Below, piece after piece: positions 1 through 9,737 of a stretch of DNA of 51,160 nucleotides. A program made the translations under genes and the position numbers. Under the pieces are notes generated by a model. It was not told where the DNA came from and did no database searches. It saw only the letters and a list, made by a program, of their open reading frames with translations. How positions within the stretch are numbered: position 1 is the first letter of the stretch; each line of letters starts with the position of its first letter. The DNA is from Gemmatimonadota bacterium (GTDB lineage: Bacteria > Latescibacterota > UBA2968 > UBA8231): assembly GCA_038128265.1 (NCBI GenBank), contig JAYPJE010000006.1, positions 9,252 to 60,411 on the forward strand. Reading direction: 5' to 3'.

Positions 1-135
1 GGGCCGTGGGGCGCTTGCGGCCTCCCATGCGGAATTCGGTACTACTCAAACTCATACCCCTTGCGGCCAGGCGGGCGGGGGCCCACGCGCGATGCCACCG
101 GCACCGACTAAACCCACTTTTATTATTTCGCTCAT
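1..135 (-). pseudogene. 5' fragment of a Gfo/Idh/MocA-type NAD(P)-dependent oxidoreductase; frame breaks near the window edge (true pseudogene or edge sequence error)
   Basis: ATG at 135 with a purine-rich SD (AGGGGAAGG) reads MSEIIKVGLVGAGGIARG, a Rossmann GxGxxA start like VAFIGAGGIAG at 36920. It then hits TGA after 27 codons. Confidence 0.5.
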
Positions 136-233
136 CGCCTTCCCCTGCGCGCTTGTTCAGCACGCCTATAAGTTAAGTGCCTATCACAATGCGGCGCTTA
201 GGAACATCGATCCACCTCGCCGCCGATCAAAGC

Positions 234-1328
234 CTAGCGCGTCGAAAACGAATGCACTGTAACGGAGCGAAACGTCTCGCCTGGTCGCAGCACGACGGAG
301 GGAAAACCCGGCTGGTTTATCGAATCCGGATAGTGCTGCGTCTCCATACACAGCCCGTGATAGCGATCGTATATGGCACCCGCCTTGCCCTTAACGCCGT
401 CGAGATGAATGCCCGAGTAGACCTGCACGCCAGGTTCAGTCGTGTAGAGCGTCAGCACGCGGCCGCTCTCAGGTTCGTAGAGCTCTGCGGCTAAACCAGG
501 TTCATCGCGACCGCCGTTATCCAGTGCGTAGTTGTGATCGTAGCCGCCTATGTCGACCTGACCTATACGGCCGCCTACCGATGACGGCTGCAAAAAATCC
601 AGCGGCGTGCCGGCCACTGGTAGCAGGCGCCCGGTGGGTATGAGCGTATCATCTGGCTCGGCGTAATAGCGCGCGTGCAGCGTCAGAATGTGTCCGAGCA
701 CATCCCCGCTACCGGCCAAGTTAAAGTAGGAGTGATTTGTCAAATTGATGGGCGTTGCCCGATCTGTCGTCGCCTCGTATTCAATGCGCAGCGCCCCGTC
801 ATCCGTCAGCACGTAGGTTACGGTAACCGCCAGCGTACCCGGATAGCCCTCTTCGCCGTCTTGGCTCACGTAGCGCAGACGCAGTGCTTCTCCGTCGGCG
901 CGCTCGGCGATCTCGGCATCCCAAACGACCTTATCAAATCCCTTTATGCCGCCGTGTAAATGGTTGGGACCGTTGTTTACCGCCACTTCATAGGTTTGCC
1001 CATCGAGCGTAAAGCGCCCATTGGCAATGCGATTGGCCACGCGCCCCGTGATGCAGCCAAAGTAGGGATTCTCCCGTTCGTACTGCGCTAGAGTATCAAA
1101 TCCCAGAACGATGTCGCCCAGCTTTCCATCGCGGTCCGGAACCAGCAGTTCGGTAATAATTCCGCCGTAGGTTATTGCGCGCACCTGCATGCCGCGCTCG
1201 TTGCTCAACGTATAGCGTTCGACCGCACGGCCATCGTCGGTCACGCCAAAAGATTCTCGCTGCACTTTTGCCTCCACTCTACACATCGTTGCGGCGACCA
1301 GCACCAATACACACGCCAAAGCTCTCAT
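234..1328 (-). CDS. galM: Aldose 1-epimerase (galactose mutarotase) with N-terminal signal peptide
   Basis: Motifs GRVANRIANG, NHLHGG, NLTNHSYFNL, GYDHNY and ETQHYPDS. Start moved to ATG 1328 (GGAG SD upstream), giving the signal-like MRALACVLVLVAATMCRVEA. Confidence 0.93.
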   Translation of the reverse strand: MRALACVLVLVAATMCRVEAKVQRESFGVTDDGRAVERYTLSNERGMQVRAITYGGIITELLVPDRDGKLGDIVLGFDTLAQYERENPYFGCITGRVANRIANGRFTLDGQTYEVAVNNGPNHLHGGIKGFDKVVWDAEIAERADGEALRLRYVSQDGEEGYPGTLAVTVTYVLTDDGALRIEYEATTDRATPINLTNHSYFNLAGSGDVLGHILTLHARYYAEPDDTLIPTGRLLPVAGTPLDFLQPSSVGGRIGQVDIGGYDHNYALDNGGRDEPGLAAELYEPESGRVLTLYTTEPGVQVYSGIHLDGVKGKAGAIYDRYHGLCMETQHYPDSINQPGFPSVVLRPGETFRSVTVHSFSTR

Positions 1329-1350
1329 CAAAGGAACTCCTCTCTCGCGC

Positions 1351-1379
1351 TTGCGCGCCCGTTCTGTGGGACGTAAAAT
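1351..1379 (+). promoter_or_regulatory. Putative sigma-70 promoter of the sugar ABC operon
   Basis: TTGCGC(1351-1356)-N17-TAAAAT(1374-1379), followed by SD TAAGGAGGT at 1411-1419. Confidence 0.55.
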
Positions 1380-1426
1380 AAGAAGCCCAATTGGTCGTAC
1401 CAACCCCTTTTAAGGAGGTGCCATCC

Positions 1427-2428
1427 ATGAAGAGCGCGCTGTCCTTCATACTGCTCGCTGTCCTGTGTGCTTGCGGCGGTGACTCGGCGGAAAAAAAGCC
1501 GCAGATCGGTTTTGTAACCAACGGCGTGGCCTCTTTCTGGGTTATTGCTTCAAAGGGCGTTGAAGCGGCCGAGAAAGAGTTTGACGTCGATGCCGAAGTG
1601 CACATGCCCGGCGATGGCGTCGCCGACCAAAAGCGCATCGTGCAAGCGCTGCTGACCCGCGGCGTCGACGGCATTGCCATCAGCCCAATTGACCCCGACA
1701 ACCAGTTGGACCTCCTCAACGAGGCCGCAGCCAATACGCACCTGATTACGCACGACTCCGATGCGCCAGCGAGTAACCGCCTGTGCTTTGTCGGCATTGA
1801 CAACTATTCGGCCGGGCGCGAGTGCGGCAAGCTCGTTAAAGAAGCGCTACCCGGTGGAGGCCAGATCATGATCTTCGTCGGGCGTCTCGAACAGCTCAAC
1901 GCACGCCAGCGTCGCCAGGGACTCATCGACGAGTTGCTCAATCGCTCATACGATCCGACACGCCTCGACCCCAACAGCGGCCCCATTACTGCCGTGGATG
2001 AAAAATACGTAATCCTCGATACGCGCACCGACCAGTTCGACTATGCCAAAGCCAAGTCTCAGGTCGAAGATGCCATCGCCAAATATCCCGAACTAAATGC
2101 CGTTGTCGGACTCTTTGCCTACAATCCTCCCATGGCGCTGAGAGCCGTGCGCGAAGCGGGCAAGACGGGACAGATACAAATTATTGCCTTTGACGAAGAC
2201 GACGAGACGCTGCAGGGCATTACCGATGGCGAGATCTACGGCACCGTCGTGCAAAACCCCTACCGCTACGGTTATGAATCCGTGCGCATTCTCGCATCGC
2301 TTGCGCGCGGCGACCGCTCGGCGCTGCCACCCAATAACTACCTCGACGTGCCGGCGCGACGCATCACCAAAGAAAACGTTAGTGCATTCTGGAGTGAACT
2401 GAAGCAGCTGACGGATACCGCCGACTAA
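1427..2428 (+). CDS. Sugar ABC transporter substrate-binding lipoprotein (RbsB/Peripla_BP_4 family)
   Basis: Strong SD; lipoprotein signal MKSALSFILLAVLCA-C; GVDGIAISP, FVGIDNYSAG and GTVVQNPYRYGY motifs. Confidence 0.92.
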   Translation: MKSALSFILLAVLCACGGDSAEKKPQIGFVTNGVASFWVIASKGVEAAEKEFDVDAEVHMPGDGVADQKRIVQALLTRGVDGIAISPIDPDNQLDLLNEAAANTHLITHDSDAPASNRLCFVGIDNYSAGRECGKLVKEALPGGGQIMIFVGRLEQLNARQRRQGLIDELLNRSYDPTRLDPNSGPITAVDEKYVILDTRTDQFDYAKAKSQVEDAIAKYPELNAVVGLFAYNPPMALRAVREAGKTGQIQIIAFDEDDETLQGITDGEIYGTVVQNPYRYGYESVRILASLARGDRSALPPNNYLDVPARRITKENVSAFWSELKQLTDTAD

Positions 2429-3918
2429 TGGCGCTATTGGAGGCGCGCGGCATCGCCAAGTCCTTCCCCGGCGTGCGCGCGCTACACCGCGTCGAGCTGC
2501 GCGTAGAAGCAGGTGAGGTGCTTGCGCTAATCGGCGAAAACGGAGCGGGCAAAAGCACACTGATGAAAATCCTCGCCGGCATTCAGCTCCCCGACGAAGG
2601 CGACATCCTCATCGAGGGCCATCCGGTCAATATCGACTCGCCGCGCCGCGCCGGCGAGTTGGGCATTGCGCTTATACACCAAGAGCTCAACCTATGCGAC
2701 AACTTAAGCGTCAGCGCCAACATTTTTCTCGGCCGAGAGAAGCGCCGATATGGCTTGATTGATCGGCGCGCCTGCACCGAAGGCGCGCGCGCAGCGTTGG
2801 CGCAGATCGGCCTCGACATCGATCCTTCGACGCCGCTGGCCCAGCTGTCTATAGCTCATCAGCAAATGGTTGAAATAGCCAAGGCACTTTCGACGCAGGC
2901 CCGTATTCTCATCATGGACGAGCCTACTTCCAGCCTGACGGGCAACGAGGCCGCTGCGCTCTTCGCCGTTATAGACCAGCTGCGCACGCGCGGCGTTTCC
3001 ATCATTTATATCTCGCACCGCCTGGGCGAAGTCTGCCACTTGGCCGATCGCGTCTGCGTCCTGCGCGACGGCGAAAATGCCGGAGAACTGCCCCGCGACC
3101 AAATTGATCACGACCGCATGGTCTCGCTTATGGTGGGCCGCGACATCGATCAGTACTACGCGCGCACCGCTCATCAGCCGGGCGAAGTAGCACTCCAAGT
3201 GGATAACCTCATTGTTCCTTCTCGGCCGCAGCATCCGCTCAGCTTCTCTCTGCGCTACGGCGAGATCGTCGGTCTGGCAGGCCTAGTCGGCGCTGGGCGC
3301 AGCGAATTGCTGCAGGTGCTGTTTGGCATCGTGCCAGCGCTCGAAGGCGACATGTGCATTGCCGGCAACGCCCTAGTGCCGCGCACGCCGCTCGACGCCA
3401 TCGGTGCCGGCCTGGCCTTGCTGCCCGAAGATCGCAAGCAGCAGGGACTCGTGCTCGAAATGAGCATACGGCACAACATTGGCCTGCCCGGCCTGCGCGC
3501 CCACGCGCGCGGCGGTGCGTTTGTGAATTCGACGCGCGAAGCGGCCGACGGCGAGCAAGCCGTGCATCAACTGGCCATTCGCACGCCGCACCTCGACCAA
3601 CCGGTGCGCCACCTATCCGGGGGCAACCAGCAAAAAGTCGTGCTCGGTAAGTGGCTATCCCTGCATCCAAAGGTGCTGCTACTAGACGAACCTACCCGCG
3701 GCGTCGACATCGGAGCCAAAGAGGAAATATATCAGCTCATGGAGGATTTAGCGGCGCGCGGCGTAGCCATTCTATTTGTATCGAGCGAAATGGAGGAAAT
3801 TCTCGGCATGGCCGACCGCGCGCTGGTCATGCACGAGGGGCGCATCACGGGCCAGCTACAGCGGGCCGAACTGAGCGAAGAGGCCATCATGCATATGGCG
3901 ACGGGAAAAGCGGCCTAA
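2428..3918 (+). CDS. Sugar ABC transporter ATP-binding protein (RbsA/MglA type, two NBDs)
   Basis: Walker A GENGAGKST, ILIMDEPT, LSGGNQQKV and LLLDEPTRGVDIGAK; TAATG coupling to the upstream gene. Confidence 0.96.
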   Translation: MALLEARGIAKSFPGVRALHRVELRVEAGEVLALIGENGAGKSTLMKILAGIQLPDEGDILIEGHPVNIDSPRRAGELGIALIHQELNLCDNLSVSANIFLGREKRRYGLIDRRACTEGARAALAQIGLDIDPSTPLAQLSIAHQQMVEIAKALSTQARILIMDEPTSSLTGNEAAALFAVIDQLRTRGVSIIYISHRLGEVCHLADRVCVLRDGENAGELPRDQIDHDRMVSLMVGRDIDQYYARTAHQPGEVALQVDNLIVPSRPQHPLSFSLRYGEIVGLAGLVGAGRSELLQVLFGIVPALEGDMCIAGNALVPRTPLDAIGAGLALLPEDRKQQGLVLEMSIRHNIGLPGLRAHARGGAFVNSTREAADGEQAVHQLAIRTPHLDQPVRHLSGGNQQKVVLGKWLSLHPKVLLLDEPTRGVDIGAKEEIYQLMEDLAARGVAILFVSSEMEEILGMADRALVMHEGRITGQLQRAELSEEAIMHMATGKAA

Positions 3919-4874
3919 TGAAAAAAATCCTAGGTATTGTTGGACTCCTCATCGCCGTATTTACCCTGACGTGGGCCATCGAGCCCAAATTTGCCAGCGC
4001 CTACAACCTGCAAAATATCGTTCGTTGGACCTCGCTCTTTGGCATCATAAGCATTGGCGCAGCCTTTGTTATTATCACCGGCGGCATCGACCTGTCGATC
4101 GGCTCGCTCATCGGCTTGGTCGGTTGCCTGCTGCCCATGCTCTTAGCGACGGGATACTCGGCGCCGCTTGCCCTGGTGATCGTGTGTGCGCTCTCCCTCT
4201 TCATTGGGCTACTGCACGGCCTGCTCATCACGCGCATCCAGCTGCAGCCCTTTGTCGTTACGCTGTGCGGCCTGCTGCTCTACCGCGGTCTGGGCCGCTG
4301 GATTACACACGATCAGGTGCAGGGATTTGGCTCCAACTACGAGTCCCTGCGCGCGCTGGCCATTGGCAAAGTGGCTCTCGTGGGCGATTTTTCGCTTCCC
4401 GTACCCTTCCTGATCCTAGTTGCACTAGGACTGGCAGCAGCTCTATTTCTCAACCGCACAATCTGGGGGCGCTATCTGCTAGCGCTCGGTCGCAATGAAG
4501 AGGCCGCGCGCTACAGCGGCGTAAACATCGAGCGAATGAAAGTCCTGGCCTACGTCATCTGCTCGGGCACGGCCGGCCTAGGCGGCATCCTATTTGCCCT
4601 CGACGTCAACTCCGTGCAACCCGCTGGCCAGGGCAACTTTTACGAGCTCTATGCCATTGCTGCCGCCGTTCTGGGCGGCTGCTCGCTGCGCGGTGGCGAA
4701 GGGTCGATTCTCGGCGTTATCATTGGAGCCGCCGTCATGCGCGTGCTCTACAATGCCATCAACGTGCTCGGCATTCCCACCCAGCTCGAATTCGCCATTA
4801 TCGGCATTGTCATTCTCACCGGCGTTATTGCAGACGAGCTGATTCGGCGCATTGCCGCCCGCCGCAGCGCTTGA
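3918..4874 (+). CDS. Sugar ABC transporter permease (RbsC/BPD_transp_2)
   Basis: TGGIDLSIG, QPFVVTL, GRNEEAARYSGV and YELYAIAAAVLGGCSLRGGEG. Real start is ATG 3918 (TAATG overlap). Confidence 0.95.
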   Translation: MKKILGIVGLLIAVFTLTWAIEPKFASAYNLQNIVRWTSLFGIISIGAAFVIITGGIDLSIGSLIGLVGCLLPMLLATGYSAPLALVIVCALSLFIGLLHGLLITRIQLQPFVVTLCGLLLYRGLGRWITHDQVQGFGSNYESLRALAIGKVALVGDFSLPVPFLILVALGLAAALFLNRTIWGRYLLALGRNEEAARYSGVNIERMKVLAYVICSGTAGLGGILFALDVNSVQPAGQGNFYELYAIAAAVLGGCSLRGGEGSILGVIIGAAVMRVLYNAINVLGIPTQLEFAIIGIVILTGVIADELIRRIAARRSA

Positions 4875-5800
4875 GTGCCAACGGCACCGACAAACTCCAG
4901 CGCAACGCATCTGCTGAGTGGGGTGCTGCCGGACGTGCATGGGTAGAACGTCTACCCTCTCTCATCAGGCGCTGTGCGCAGCGATGGGAGCTGGTCAAAG
5001 TAGGAACGCCTTACCCCGAAGCCCAGTTCAACTTTGTCGCTCCGGTACGGCGAGGCGATGGCCAGCTGGCTGTCTTAAAAATTGGCTGCCCCGACCCACC
5101 AAACGGCGAAATAACACGCGAAATTGCCGCCCTCACTCGCTACGGTGGGCTCGGCGCCGCGCGCCTTTTACAGGCCGATCGCAAGGATGCGGCCCTGCTG
5201 CTGCAGCGCGCAGAGCCCGGCACGCCGCTCGCCCACCTACGCAACGATGAGCAGGCAACGCGCATCGCCGGTCGCTCGATGAAAGCCCTGTGGCGCAGCC
5301 TCCCCACCCACCATAGCTTCCGCCCTGTTGACGCGTGGACAGCGCAGCGCCTAGCCCTCGAACTCTCGACTCTGCCCGCTGTGATCGCAGTGGAAACGGC
5401 CGGCCGCGCGCGCGCACTGCTGACCGCACAGCTGGCCCATCCGTACACACCCGTGCTGCTGCACGGAGACCTGCACCATTGGAATCTGCTGCGCGCCGAA
5501 GGCGATATATACTGGGCCATTGACCCAAAGGGCTATTGCGGCCATCCGCTCTACGATGTCATCGCTTGGCTGCGCAACTGGCCAGATGGGCTGAGAGATT
5601 CACCCCATGCACAGGAGGCCATGCGCTGCCGCGTGGCCGTGCTCTCTGAAGAGCTCGAGCATCCACCAGAGGACGTGGCCGCTTGGGCCTTTGCCGGCTT
5701 GGTCCTGGATGCCTGGTTCGACTTGGTGCGCAATCCCGACGACACATACCCCATGCACATGCTGCGCTGCGCCCATTTATTAGCCCCGTTAACGGCGTAG
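4871..5800 (+). CDS. Aminoglycoside/hydroxyurea kinase-like phosphotransferase (APH(6) family)
   Basis: AVLKI, LLHGDLHHWNLL and AIDPKG kinase motifs; N-terminal WG..GRAWVERLP typical of APH(6); TTG start overlaps the permease TGA. Confidence 0.85.
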   Translation: MSANGTDKLQRNASAEWGAAGRAWVERLPSLIRRCAQRWELVKVGTPYPEAQFNFVAPVRRGDGQLAVLKIGCPDPPNGEITREIAALTRYGGLGAARLLQADRKDAALLLQRAEPGTPLAHLRNDEQATRIAGRSMKALWRSLPTHHSFRPVDAWTAQRLALELSTLPAVIAVETAGRARALLTAQLAHPYTPVLLHGDLHHWNLLRAEGDIYWAIDPKGYCGHPLYDVIAWLRNWPDGLRDSPHAQEAMRCRVAVLSEELEHPPEDVAAWAFAGLVLDAWFDLVRNPDDTYPMHMLRCAHLLAPLTA

Positions 5801-5924
5801 GAAGCTTCCCTGAAACGCATATCACTCTGCATAGCTCGCTGCTGTAGCGCGAACGTATATGGCCATAGACTCTGCTCTATACTATCCTTGTAGGGTATTC
5901 TATCTCTTGCGAAAGACCAATACC

Positions 5925-7073
5925 ATGCAGCGTACTAGCAGCGTGCGCAGCGCATTTACCACCCCAGCGTTCGCGGCGCTCATAGTAGCCATTTGCTGGT
6001 CGGCACGGATCGCATCTGCGACCTCGGTACACTTCGCAGATGCCCAGCTAGAAGAACGCGTTCGCGCGGAAATCAACGGCGGGCCGGGGCCGCTCCGCGC
6101 CGAGGACTGCGCGCGCCTGCATTACCTGTCGGCGGAGCGCGCAGAAATCGAAAGTATCGCAGGCTTGGAGCACCTGCTCGATGTGCGCGTGCTGCAGCTG
6201 GGTCACAACGCCATCGCCGATGCAGAGCCGCTGCGCCACTTGGGCGCCCTGTGCGAGCTGCAGCTAGATCACAATCCCCTACAATCAATCGATGCTCTGC
6301 GCGGTCTAATGCTGCTACACACCCTCGATCTAGGCGCGACGCGCGTCCGCGACTTGGCGCCGCTCAGCGCGCTGCCCAACCTGCGCAGCCTCTCGCTAGG
6401 AGGCAACGAGGGTATCGACCTGCAGCCCCTCAGCGCAGTAGAACAGCTGAGTGAATTGTCTGCTTCGAACAGCGACATTGCCGACCTCGCTCCTCTATCA
6501 TCGCTAGGCCAATTGCGCAGCCTCAGTCTGGCGGGCAACCGCATCAGCGACCTAACACCGCTGCGCTCACTGGCGCAGCTCCGCTCGCTCAACCTGTGGC
6601 ATAATAGCATAGCCGACCTGCACCCCATCGCCAGCCTAGGCAAATTACAGCGTCTCAACCTATCGAATAACCGGGTACGCGACCTAGCTCCCCTTAGCAG
6701 TTTGCGCCACTTACAAATGCTGCGCCTCACCGACAACCAAATTGCCGATATCGATCCGCTGGCCCGTTTACACGCGCTGGAAGAGCTGCGTTTAGGCACA
6801 AACCAGATTGTAGATCTCACCGCGCTAGCGGCGCTAGACAGCCTAGAAGTGCTCGACCTCAACGACAACCGCGTTAACGACGTGAGTCCACTGCGCGGAT
6901 TGCCGCGTCTCGAAGTGCTGCGCTTAGCGCAGAACGACGCGTCAGACATCGCGCCGCTGCTCGCACTGCCCGCCCTGCGCATTCTGGAAATATGGGGTAA
7001 CCCGCTGTCCGACAGCGCGCTCGCGCACCTCGACACTCTGCGCGAGCGCGGCGTTGAGGTTCAGGATAAATAA
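5925..7073 (+). CDS. Secreted internalin-like leucine-rich repeat protein
   Basis: Hydrophobic N-terminal segment, cap VHFADAQLEERVRAEI, about 13 22-aa repeats LxxLxLxxNxIxDLxPLxxL, and C-cap WGNPLS. Confidence 0.9.
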   Translation: MQRTSSVRSAFTTPAFAALIVAICWSARIASATSVHFADAQLEERVRAEINGGPGPLRAEDCARLHYLSAERAEIESIAGLEHLLDVRVLQLGHNAIADAEPLRHLGALCELQLDHNPLQSIDALRGLMLLHTLDLGATRVRDLAPLSALPNLRSLSLGGNEGIDLQPLSAVEQLSELSASNSDIADLAPLSSLGQLRSLSLAGNRISDLTPLRSLAQLRSLNLWHNSIADLHPIASLGKLQRLNLSNNRVRDLAPLSSLRHLQMLRLTDNQIADIDPLARLHALEELRLGTNQIVDLTALAALDSLEVLDLNDNRVNDVSPLRGLPRLEVLRLAQNDASDIAPLLALPALRILEIWGNPLSDSALAHLDTLRERGVEVQDK

Positions 7074-7088
7074 GGAAATGGGTCCGAT

Positions 7089-7107
7089 GCGGCCCGAAGG
7101 GAGCCGC
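7089..7107 (-). terminator. Small hairpin with cUUCGg tetraloop 3' of glnD, between convergent genes
   Basis: Minus strand GCGGCTCC-cTTCGg-GCCGC with a one-base bulge; no clear U-tract. Confidence 0.35.
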
Positions 7108-7122
7108 CAGACAAGCAGGTGC

Positions 7123-9732
7123 TCAGCCGGGCTGCAGTGCGCTAAGCAGGCGCTGTCGCACACCTTCTAACACATCGTAATCTTCGACTTTTCCGCCGTT
7201 GGCATCCAATATGTAGAAGGCATCGGATGCGCGCGCTGCCACCGTATCGACCAGAGCCATGTGTATGTCGAGTTCGGCCTCGTCCAGCGCGTACGTCATT
7301 CTGTAGAGAAGGCCAACATCGTCTGGAGCGCTGACGTCAATAACGGTATACTGCGCGGAAACGGTGTTTTCAAATTCAACTTTGGGTTCCTGCACATAGT
7401 GGCTGCGGTTGCGTTGACCCCAGTGCGCGCTGTGGCGCTCAATAAGCTCACGCGCCTTGAGCCCGCGTTCCAATACGTCGCCCAGGCGCTGTAGAACGCG
7501 CTCTTTTTTCCAATCGTTCAGTGCCGACGTGCCGTCGACATCCTGCACCTGAAAAATATCCAACACGACTTGGTCAGCACGCGTATTGACGTCGGCGCGT
7601 AGAATATTGAGATCATTTACGGCCAGTGCTCCGCAGATCTTGGCCAGCACCTGGCGCTGATCGCGAGTGCAAATAACCACCTCTGTAAAGTCGGCACTCT
7701 TAACAAACGCCGCGACAAAGGCGCGCGATGGATCGAGCTCGCCGATCAAATCCAAATGGGCTTCAATTTGTTCGAGCTCATACGCCACCAGATACCGCGG
7801 CGGCAGCTGCTCGACGTGGGCTTGCAGTGCGGCAATTTTATTTGCGGGCCAGCGCCCCGTTACCGCGGCAATGTGCCCGTCGAGAATTTGACGCGCGCGC
7901 TGGCGGTCCTCTAGCGCTTTTATTCCAGACTGTAGCTGTTCAGCCGTCTTGTGATAGAGCTCCCACAGCAGGGCTCCCTGCCACTCGCTCCACGCATCAG
8001 GCGAAACGGCCGACACGTCGGCATAGGACAGCAAGTAGAGCGCGCTGAGCCACTGCATATTGGCGAAGTCGCTGGCAAACTCATTAATCATTTCGAAATC
8101 GTCTAAATCGCGGCGGCGCGATATCATCACCATGTCCTGGTGACGGCGCACCAGAAAGACCAGCAGACGCCGCTCGTCTTCGGGCAGTCCGAGGCGATCA
8201 ACGAGCTCTTTGGTCATCTCGACCCCGCAAGAAATGTGCTCTTGGCGCTTCCATTTGCCCACGTCGTGCAGGAGAACAGAGAGGTAGAGCAAATCCTTGC
8301 GTTCGAACTCGGCAAAAACCTTACCCAGAAAAGCAGGCGCCTCGTCGCGCCCCAGCGATTCCACGTTGTCTAGGGCGACCAGCGTATGTTCGTCGACGGT
8401 GTAAATGTGGTAGATATCGTATTGGACAAGACCGTTTAGCCCGCCAAACTCCGGCAAGTAGGCTCCCAGCACGCCAAGCTCGTGCATGGAACGCAGCGTC
8501 TTGGCAACGCGCGCCTTGCGTCTGAGGATGCGCATAAAGGCCTCACAGGCGTCAGGCGATGTGCGCAGAGCATCGTCAACCAGATGCAAGCAGGTGCGTA
8601 TCGTGCGCTTTACCTCTTCGCTCAGCCGCAGATTTTTAACCTGAGCTGTCAAAAAGATCGTCAGCAGGCGCACGGGATTCTCGGCAAAGTACTCCTCTCC
8701 GTCAGCTAGGAGTATTTCGCCATCGACCGAAATCATACCGCGTTCTAAATACATGCTACGCGCACTATGACGCGGTTTCCGCGTCAGGCGTTCAAAGGCC
8801 AACTCCACTAGGTGGAATACTGCGCGCGCGTGCAAATAATAGTCACGCATAAAGCGTTCGACACCCAGTTCCATATCGAGATCGCGATAGCCGAGCGATT
8901 GGGCAATGTGCATTTTGAGTTCCTGCTCGAGCACGTCGCGCTTGCGGCCGACGGCAAAGTGCATTTCATGGCGCACCTTCCACAAGAAAGCGCGGCTGCG
9001 CTCAATGGTCTCCACGTCGGTCGCCTCTAGATAGCGCGACCAAAGTGCCGATGCATCGGCCTGCTGCGCGCGCGCTTTCATCGCCCATTCCAGCGCCTGA
9101 ATATCGCGCAGGCCGCCGGGGCTCTCTTTGACATTGGGCTCCAAGAGCTGCACGGAGTCCTTATTGTCGATGCGCGCCTGACGCCATTTATTGAGCTGCA
9201 AGGGCACGCTCTTGGGCACGCGCTTAAACAGCCGTGCGCCATATTCGGCAAATAAATCGGCATCGCCGACCAGCAGCCGACCGTCCATCATTGCCGTGCA
9301 CGAATCGACGTCTTCGCGCGCCATCTTCACCACTTCGCCTACAGTGCGACTGCTGTGACCTACTTCAAAACCGAGATCCCACAGCGGATGCAGCACGCCG
9401 GCGATAAACTCCGGTGCCTTGTCTCGGTCGCGCTTAAAGAGAAAGAGCAGGTCAATATCGGAGTAGGGCGCCATCTCTCCGCGCCCAAAACCGCCCAAGG
9501 CAACCAGCGCATGGGGACCAACAGGCTGGCTGGCTGCTCGGCCATAGGCTGCCAATACAATGGCGTTGGTCAGCTCGGTCAACTGCTGCGCGATGGCCAA
9601 TCCCTCCACCCCCTGGCGCTGCGCCGACTCGATTTCACGCATCGCCTCATCCCGGAACGTGCGCACGGCTTCTAGCCAGGCCTCGGGGGTCACGTCGCGC
9701 AGCAATGCTGCAAGTCGTTCTACCATTCCCAT
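7123..9732 (-). CDS. glnD: [Protein-PII] uridylyltransferase/uridylyl-removing enzyme
   Basis: NT motif ALGGFGRGEMAPYSDIDLL, EPNVKESPGGLRD, HD domain (YHIYTVDEHTL, LLHDVGK) and two C-terminal ACT domains. Confidence 0.96.
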   Translation of the reverse strand: MGMVERLAALLRDVTPEAWLEAVRTFRDEAMREIESAQRQGVEGLAIAQQLTELTNAIVLAAYGRAASQPVGPHALVALGGFGRGEMAPYSDIDLLFLFKRDRDKAPEFIAGVLHPLWDLGFEVGHSSRTVGEVVKMAREDVDSCTAMMDGRLLVGDADLFAEYGARLFKRVPKSVPLQLNKWRQARIDNKDSVQLLEPNVKESPGGLRDIQALEWAMKARAQQADASALWSRYLEATDVETIERSRAFLWKVRHEMHFAVGRKRDVLEQELKMHIAQSLGYRDLDMELGVERFMRDYYLHARAVFHLVELAFERLTRKPRHSARSMYLERGMISVDGEILLADGEEYFAENPVRLLTIFLTAQVKNLRLSEEVKRTIRTCLHLVDDALRTSPDACEAFMRILRRKARVAKTLRSMHELGVLGAYLPEFGGLNGLVQYDIYHIYTVDEHTLVALDNVESLGRDEAPAFLGKVFAEFERKDLLYLSVLLHDVGKWKRQEHISCGVEMTKELVDRLGLPEDERRLLVFLVRRHQDMVMISRRRDLDDFEMINEFASDFANMQWLSALYLLSYADVSAVSPDAWSEWQGALLWELYHKTAEQLQSGIKALEDRQRARQILDGHIAAVTGRWPANKIAALQAHVEQLPPRYLVAYELEQIEAHLDLIGELDPSRAFVAAFVKSADFTEVVICTRDQRQVLAKICGALAVNDLNILRADVNTRADQVVLDIFQVQDVDGTSALNDWKKERVLQRLGDVLERGLKARELIERHSAHWGQRNRSHYVQEPKVEFENTVSAQYTVIDVSAPDDVGLLYRMTYALDEAELDIHMALVDTVAARASDAFYILDANGGKVEDYDVLEGVRQRLLSALQPG

Positions 9733-9737
9733 ACGGG

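Noticed and set aside
4871..5800. Acquired streptomycin resistance gene (strB)
   Set aside because: Only family-level motifs are present, there is no mobile context, and the gene is embedded in a sugar uptake operon.
6150..7000. CRISPR-like or tandem DNA repeat with 66-nt period
   Set aside because: Explained by degenerate LRR coding repeats; there are no identical repeats with unique spacers.
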